From positions 1 to 22,388 of the forward strand of contig BTUM01000111.1 of assembly GCA_045863235.1 (NCBI GenBank): a stretch of DNA of 22,388 nt. The letters are read 5' to 3'. The translations under genes were made by a program, and so were the position numbers. Shown piece after piece: positions 17,486-22,388 of this stretch. Source of the stretch: Candidatus Xenobia bacterium. Lineage in GTDB: Bacteria > Vulcanimicrobiota > Xenobia > Xenobiales > QWHO01. Position 1 is the first letter of the stretch, and each line of letters starts with the position of its first letter. The notes below the pieces were generated by a model, which saw only the letters and a list, made by a program, of their open reading frames with translations, was not told the DNA's origin and did not search any database.

Positions 17486-19047
17486 AGGGCGACCTCCTCA
17501 GGTACGTTGAGTTTGGCGCTGAGCCGCTCGAGCAGGTGGTCGCCCACTCGAAGGGCATTAGCCATGATGGTCAAAGCGGGGTTGGTGGCGGCCGAGGAAG
17601 GGAAGAAGCTTCCATCGACAATGTAGAGATTGTCCACCTCGTGGGCACGGCAGTGCGGGTCCAGAGCCGAGCTTCTGGGATTGGTGCCGAAGCGCACAGT
17701 GCCGCACTGGTGAGCGGTTCCCGCCAGGGGAATCCGCTTGCCGAGATAGAGTTCCATGGGCAAGAGCTCCTCCTGGCAGCCGATAGCTCGCAGAAGCGAC
17801 CTCAGTCGCGCCTCCAGGCGCTGGTGGCCGGCCAGGTTGTTGGGCTGGTAGCTGAGGCGAATCTGTCCGTCTTGCTCCACTGTGACGCGATTGTCCGGGT
17901 CAGGCAGGTCTTCCGAGGTCATCCAGAAGTCCAGGGCGTGCTCGGCCATGACCTCCAGCGCCAGCCCGGGAGCGAAAGCCGGGGCTCCGGCCTCCAGTAT
18001 CTCCTTACTGGACTTGCCCAGCATCTGGATATGGCCCATCGGGTAAGGAAAACCGTCCTCACCGAAGTAGAAGTCGTTCAGTCCGAGAGTCTTCTGAAAG
18101 CGCGTTGGGTTCGGGTGGCGCGAAATGGCCAGGAAGGCGGTGTTGTTGTGGGCCATGTAGTGCCGGCCCACGGTATCCGACCCGTTGGCCAGTCCGCGCG
18201 GATGCCGGTCCGACGACGAGCGAAGCAGAAGAGCAGCCGAATTGATGGCACCCGCTGCCACCACCACCAGGTGAGCCCGGAACACGAGGCGTTCCCCCTG
18301 CCGGGTCACCTCCACGCCGGTGACATCGCGGCCGGAAGGAGAGGTAAGAAGCCGCTCAACCCTGGCACCTGTGAGAAGCTCCACATTAGGATAGGTCAGA
18401 GCCGGGTCGACGCAGGTCACCTGCGCATCAGCCTTCGCGTTCAGCGGGCACGGAAAGCCGTCACAGGCGCCGCAGCGGACGCAGGCGGATTGATGGGGTC
18501 GCGACTCGTCGAGGCGCAGTCCGAGCGGCAGCGGGAAGGGTGACAGGCCGTTGCGCCTGAGGTCCTCGTGCAGGTCAAGGATGCGGGGCTCGTGGCGCAC
18601 GGCGGGAAACGGATAGGGCCCGGAGGCATAGGGCTCGGTTGGGTCGAGGCCGCGTTGGCCGTGAACCTGGTAAAGTTGCTCGGCCTGCAGGTAATAGGGC
18701 TCGAACTCGTCATAGGAGACCGGCCACGCGGGCGACAGGCCGCCGTGGTGTCGCAGCTCGCCGAAGTCCTGGGCCCGGAACCGGAGCAGGGCAGCGCCGT
18801 AGACCTTGGTGTTGCCGCCCACGTAGTAGTGGATGCCCGGGGCAAAACTCCTGCCCTTGCGGTCCAGCCACTTTTCATGGGCCTTATAGCGGTTCTGGAC
18901 GAAGACTTCGCGCGCGTCCCAATTCTCTGTCTCGCGGGGCAGGTAATCGCCGCGCTCGAGCAGCAGGATGCGTTTCCCCGATGGGGCCAGGCGGTGGGCC
19001 AGAGTTCCTCCGCCGGCCCCGGTGCCGATGATGATCACGTCGTGCAT
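17482..19047 (-). CDS. GMC-family flavin oxidoreductase
   Basis: DVIIIGTGAGGG, VGGNTKVYGA, CVRCGACDGFPC, AAGAINS, HQCGT, NPALT. Start ATG 19047 behind GGAGG (the ORF-track TTG at 19080 lies within the promoter). Confidence 0.94.
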   Translation of the reverse strand: MHDVIIIGTGAGGGTLAHRLAPSGKRILLLERGDYLPRETENWDAREVFVQNRYKAHEKWLDRKGRSFAPGIHYYVGGNTKVYGAALLRFRAQDFGELRHHGGLSPAWPVSYDEFEPYYLQAEQLYQVHGQRGLDPTEPYASGPYPFPAVRHEPRILDLHEDLRRNGLSPFPLPLGLRLDESRPHQSACVRCGACDGFPCPLNAKADAQVTCVDPALTYPNVELLTGARVERLLTSPSGRDVTGVEVTRQGERLVFRAHLVVVAAGAINSAALLLRSSSDRHPRGLANGSDTVGRHYMAHNNTAFLAISRHPNPTRFQKTLGLNDFYFGEDGFPYPMGHIQMLGKSSKEILEAGAPAFAPGLALEVMAEHALDFWMTSEDLPDPDNRVTVEQDGQIRLSYQPNNLAGHQRLEARLRSLLRAIGCQEELLPMELYLGKRIPLAGTAHQCGTVRFGTNPRSSALDPHCRAHEVDNLYIVDGSFFPSSAATNPALTIMANALRVGDHLLERLSAKLNVPEEVAL

Positions 19048-19077
19048 GGTTTCCTCCAGGGTGTATTCTGCTCGATC

Positions 19078-19104
19078 CAATGACGCGTGGGGCTCAAGGT
19101 TCCC
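19078..19104 (-). promoter_or_regulatory. ECF-sigma promoter upstream of the GMC-to-anti-sigma operon
   Basis: Minus strand GGGAACCTTGAGCCCCACGCGTCATTG. Confidence 0.82.
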
Positions 19105-19118
19105 AGCAGGAAAGGGTT

Positions 19119-20399
19119 TTATGACCTTTCGGGTCGGCCTATCTCTAGCTGGGAGTTGAATCCACCCACCCCGTCTTCCATTCGGTTGGGGTTGGAGGGG
19201 TCTTCCTCCCAGCGTTGTCCGTCAAGCCGGAATTTGTAGCCGTGGCGCCCCGGTGGGGGGGCTGGCACGGTCGCGCGCCAGATGGCTCCGCTTCGCTTCA
19301 AGGGCTGGAGGCCGGGGAGCCAGTCGGCGAAGAGCTCCACGCTCGAGGCGGCCGGCTCGAGCACAGTGAAAGTACAGCTCTCCAGGCCCACGAGGGGTGA
19401 GGTGATCCGGGGCGCCATCACGTGCTGCAGGGCGGCCGGCGCGTCCACCACGCCGAACCCCTGGCGCAGGCGCGGCTGACCTTCCAAAAAAGTTGCGGTG
19501 GACATCAAGATCTGCTTGATGCCAGCCGGTGTCAGACGCGGATTCAGCTCCAGCATGCGGGCTGCCAGGGACGCCACCAGCGGGGCTGCGAACGAGGTCC
19601 CGTCGACGTGCTGGTAGTGGGCCGATACCAGCTTGCGCGAGCGGAGCTCTTGCTCGATTTCGTGGCGAGGCCGGGGCAACCGGTAATCGGGCAGCGCCAG
19701 CTCGCGAGCGAGGCGCTCGGCTGTGTGCCACTCGTCGCTACCGGGCACCAGGGGAGCGGCGACCCAGATGGCGGGAGCGATGACCTCAGGCTTAAGACCG
19801 TTGTCATCGTAGCTCGAGCAATAGAGCTCGGGGCTCTGGTCGAGCCGGTTGCCGTCATCCGAGCCCCCCACGGTGAGCACCGAGCTGGCCGTAGCCGGGG
19901 GCACGCACCCGGGGTTGCGGGTACACCCGGAGTTGCCGGCCGCGACGACCACCGTGACGCCCTGGTCGACCAGGCGTTCCACAGCACGGTCCACCAGGGG
20001 GTCGTCGGCCCCGAGCGAGATGCTCAGAACACGCACTCCAAGCCGACGGTGGTTGCGCTCGAGCCAGGCCAGTCCCGCCAGCACGCTCTCGTCCGTCACT
20101 TCGCCCACGGCCACCAGGACCAGCTCGGCCTGCCAGGCCAGTCCACGGTACACACCGTCCGAGAGCTTGCCATCGCCGGCCGCCACGACCGAGGTCTGCG
20201 TGCCGTGCCAGGCGTTGCCGGCCGAGCCCACCTGGTGCACCTCGCGTACCCGTCCCTTCAGGTCGGGGTGATCCGACGTGAAGCCGTTATCAATGAAGGC
20301 CATGGTGACCCCTCGAGCCCCCCGGTCGTCCGGCACGCGCAGGCGCTCGGCGGTGGGAATCACTGCGAATCGGTTGAGAATGTGAGGATGTTGGCTCAC
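19119..20399 (-). CDS. S8 subtilisin-like serine protease with C-terminal CBM48/AMPK-beta-type glycogen-binding domain
   Basis: Catalytic motifs FIDNG, HGTQ, AAGNSG, GTSFAAP; C-terminal LFADW...YKFRLDGQRWEEDPSNP...DGVGGFNS; GTGA overlap with upstream stop; no signal peptide. Confidence 0.9.
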   Translation of the reverse strand: MSQHPHILNRFAVIPTAERLRVPDDRGARGVTMAFIDNGFTSDHPDLKGRVREVHQVGSAGNAWHGTQTSVVAAGDGKLSDGVYRGLAWQAELVLVAVGEVTDESVLAGLAWLERNHRRLGVRVLSISLGADDPLVDRAVERLVDQGVTVVVAAGNSGCTRNPGCVPPATASSVLTVGGSDDGNRLDQSPELYCSSYDDNGLKPEVIAPAIWVAAPLVPGSDEWHTAERLARELALPDYRLPRPRHEIEQELRSRKLVSAHYQHVDGTSFAAPLVASLAARMLELNPRLTPAGIKQILMSTATFLEGQPRLRQGFGVVDAPAALQHVMAPRITSPLVGLESCTFTVLEPAASSVELFADWLPGLQPLKRSGAIWRATVPAPPPGRHGYKFRLDGQRWEEDPSNPNRMEDGVGGFNSQLEIGRPERS

Positions 20400-20836
20400 G
20401 GGATGTCTCCTCTCTGAAGTTGCCGCTCCAGATCATGGAGCTTGCGGTGGGTGATGACGGCGATCTCGTAGTCGAGCTCGGCCCTCTTGTCTGAGAAGGC
20501 GCTCTGCCGATTCTGAGAGATGAGGAGCACCCCGGTGATGAAGATCGCCTCTACCGACAAGATGATCCCCAACAGCCCGAACGGAAACGCGTCGAACGGC
20601 CTGGGCAGGAGCGCGTTGAGCGCCACCCAGGCGGCAAACCAGAGCGCGTGAATCACCAGGAACCAGGGCATTCCGATGAAGCCTGCGATGCGGTCGCAGA
20701 GCACCTCGTACCAGCGGCTCTGGGCTCGCAGCTCCTCGAGCACGTAGCGGAAGTCTCCCAGTGCCTTTCCGCAGGCCGGGTTGGCGCAGAAGACGGCATC
20801 GGCGCGGTTTTCGCCATGGCAAACCGGACACGTCAT
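20396..20836 (-). CDS. Zinc-ribbon + DUF1003 membrane protein
   Basis: Start ATG 20836 (ATGA overlap, SD GGAGGAGG). CPVC...FCANPAC, then DRIAGFIG...FDAFPFGLL...EAIF...LISQNRQ...AELDYE. Confidence 0.9.
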   Translation of the reverse strand: MTCPVCHGENRADAVFCANPACGKALGDFRYVLEELRAQSRWYEVLCDRIAGFIGMPWFLVIHALWFAAWVALNALLPRPFDAFPFGLLGIILSVEAIFITGVLLISQNRQSAFSDKRAELDYEIAVITHRKLHDLERQLQRGDIP

Positions 20837-22116
20837 CGCACGGCCTCCTCCTGGAGCAGTGCGCTCCCCGACCGGGTGGTGAGAAACTGCACCAGCTCGC
20901 GCGGAAAGAAGAGGTCCAGAGTCCAATCCAGGGCGACGCGCAGCTTTTTCTCCAGGCGGGGCAGCTTGGAGAGATACAGGGTCCGCCACAACCACCAGGC
21001 TACAAAGCCTCCGAAGCGGAGCCCCAGCACCTGCGCCACGCCGGTGCGTTTACCCAGGGCGCTTAGCTGGCCCAGCATCCTGTAGCGGAAGGCTCGTTTG
21101 GGCTTGCCCTGCAGCTCGGCCAGGATGTTCCCGGCCAGCACCCTGCCCTGACGCACGGCGTGCTGGGCCGTGGGCGGGCAGGGCAGGCCATCGAGCGAGT
21201 TGGGCACCAGGGCGCAGTCACCCAGCGCCCACACGCCAGGCCACTCGCTCAAGGCCATGAATTCGTCGACCACCAGGCGCCCTCGTTCCTTGCGACAGGG
21301 CAGCGCCTCGAGCAAGGCAGGAGCCTTCAGCCCGGCTGTCCAGACCATGGTGCAGGCCGGGATTTCGTCGTGCTCCTTGAGCTGGACCGCCCCACCCGAG
21401 TATCCGGCGACGCGGGTATTGCACAGCACCTCGACACCCTGGCGCTCGAGCTGCTTTCTCGCATAATCGCCCAGCGAGGCGTCCAGCTCGGGCAGGATGC
21501 GGGGGCCGGAATGCACCAGCACCGTGCGTACCATGTCGGCTTTGAGGTTGCGGTACTGGCCCAGCGTCTCGCGCACGCAATCGTTGATGCCGGCCACGGT
21601 CTCGACGCCCGCAAAACCTCCCCCCGCCACGACGAACGTGAGGTTCTGACGACGGTGGGAGGCGGCACACTCCGTGTCGGCCTCCTCCAGCACCCCGATC
21701 ACGTGGTTGCGAAGGCGCAGGGCGTCTCCCAGCGTCTTCATGCGCAGGGCCCGGTCCATGCCGGGCAGCCCGTAGTCGTTGGATACCAGCCCCATAGCCA
21801 GCACCAGGTGGTCGTAGCCGAGCCGATGGGCGTGCATGTCCGAGCCGTGCCGCACAGTGACTTCTCGGGCGGCCAGATCGATCGAATCAACCTCGCCCAC
21901 CACCAGGTCGCATCCGCTGACGAGTCTGCGGACGGGCGAGACGACGTGTCCGAGTTCGAGCTCGCTGGAGGCCACCTCGTGCAGCATCGGGGTGAACAAC
22001 ATGAAGTTGTCCCGGTTGACCAGCGTGATCTCCAGCTGGTGTTTGCGGCGGTGCTTTTGCAGGTGCTCGGCCACCGCAAGACCGGCGAAGCCGGCACCCA
22101 GTATCAAGATTCTCAT
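20833..22116 (-). CDS. Type II NADH dehydrogenase-like FAD-dependent oxidoreductase
   Basis: ILILGAGFAG, FTPMLHEVA, YDHLVLAMG, GGGFAGVE, WTAG, WALGDCA, PPTAQHAVRQG; start ATG 22116 behind GGAGG. Confidence 0.92.
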   Translation of the reverse strand: MRILILGAGFAGLAVAEHLQKHRRKHQLEITLVNRDNFMLFTPMLHEVASSELELGHVVSPVRRLVSGCDLVVGEVDSIDLAAREVTVRHGSDMHAHRLGYDHLVLAMGLVSNDYGLPGMDRALRMKTLGDALRLRNHVIGVLEEADTECAASHRRQNLTFVVAGGGFAGVETVAGINDCVRETLGQYRNLKADMVRTVLVHSGPRILPELDASLGDYARKQLERQGVEVLCNTRVAGYSGGAVQLKEHDEIPACTMVWTAGLKAPALLEALPCRKERGRLVVDEFMALSEWPGVWALGDCALVPNSLDGLPCPPTAQHAVRQGRVLAGNILAELQGKPKRAFRYRMLGQLSALGKRTGVAQVLGLRFGGFVAWWLWRTLYLSKLPRLEKKLRVALDWTLDLFFPRELVQFLTTRSGSALLQEEAVR

Positions 22117-22140
22117 CGTTTCTTCCTCCGTCATCAAGGT

Positions 22141-22167
22141 CAATGACGCAGGGCGTGCAAGGTTCCC
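22141..22167 (-). promoter_or_regulatory. ECF-sigma promoter upstream of the NDH-2 operon
   Basis: Minus strand GGGAACCTTGCACGCCCTGCGTCATTG. Confidence 0.82.
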
Positions 22168-22178
22168 GAGATGGCCGG

Positions 22179-22208
22179 AAAAAAAGTGGGCCCCGACTCG
22201 GGGCCCAC
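22179..22208 (-). terminator. Intrinsic terminator
   Basis: Minus strand GTGGGCCCCG-AGT-CGGGGCCCAC followed by TTTTTTT, ~30 nt after the peptide stop codon. Confidence 0.9.
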
Positions 22209-22236
22209 GGTTGATTCGCAGCAGGTTACCTTATGC

Positions 22237-22388
22237 TCAGTGCTGTTTGCCAGAGCAGCCGTCCTTGCCCGAGCAGGCTGACTTCTCGCCCTGCTTGCCA
22301 GAGCAGCCGTCCTTGCCCGAGCAGGCCGACTTTTCGCCCTGCTTGCCAGAGCAGCCGTCCTTGCCCGAGCAGGCCGACTTTTCGCCCT
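22237..22388 (-). CDS. 3' end of Cys-rich tandem-repeat peptide (GEKSACSGKDGCSGKQ)x>=3 then H-stop; partial
   Basis: Manual translation of the minus strand. Differences between repeat units are synonymous (GAA/GAG, TCG/TCA, AAG/AAA). Stop TGA at 22239-22237, followed by a terminator. Not in the ORF track. Confidence 0.85.
   Translation of the reverse strand, partial: GEKSACSGKDGCSGKQGEKSACSGKDGCSGKQGEKSACSGKDGCSGKQH
22243..22388. repeat. 48-bp coding tandem repeat, >=3 units, runs off the window
   Basis: ctgcttgccagagcagccgtccttgcccgagcaggccgacttttcgcc repeated. Confidence 0.95.

Noticed and set aside
14209..22146. Plus-strand ORFs 14209-15777, 17536-18543, 19422-20417, 21160-22146
   Set aside because: Antisense shadows of well-supported minus-strand enzymes.

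Overview
GC-rich bacterial genomic window; the lineage cannot be established from sequence alone. Left end (1-~781): a non-coding, hairpin-dense region with five copies of a covarying two-hairpin module, downstream of a near-consensus sigma70 promoter on the minus strand. This is a candidate large structured ncRNA that runs off the window edge. 874-8885: several hypothetical proteins, a secreted amidohydrolase-3 protein, an orphan DUF433 gene and a 1284-aa protein with four InhA/MAM-like beta-sandwich repeats. Two otherwise unrelated proteins end in the same C-terminal motif (ExxxxhxIGGVVh[KR]KR). 8996-11710: a zinc-ribbon/class III cyclase/STAND ATPase/TPR-like protein. 11807-22167: a probable local ECF-sigma regulon. 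It comprises doxX-like (+); a minus-strand operon GMC oxidoreductase > Zn-dependent glucose dehydrogenase > GH63/MGH1-like glycosidase > pentapeptide-repeat protein > SigH/SigR-like ECF sigma > zinc-finger anti-sigma; and a second operon NDH-2-like > zinc-ribbon-DUF1003 > S8 protease-CBM48. All three units are preceded by the identical motif GGGAACCTT-N11-GTCATTG. Right edge: the 3' end of a Cys-rich 16-aa tandem-repeat peptide gene followed by an intrinsic terminator. All family assignments come from motif recognition by eye, not database searches.
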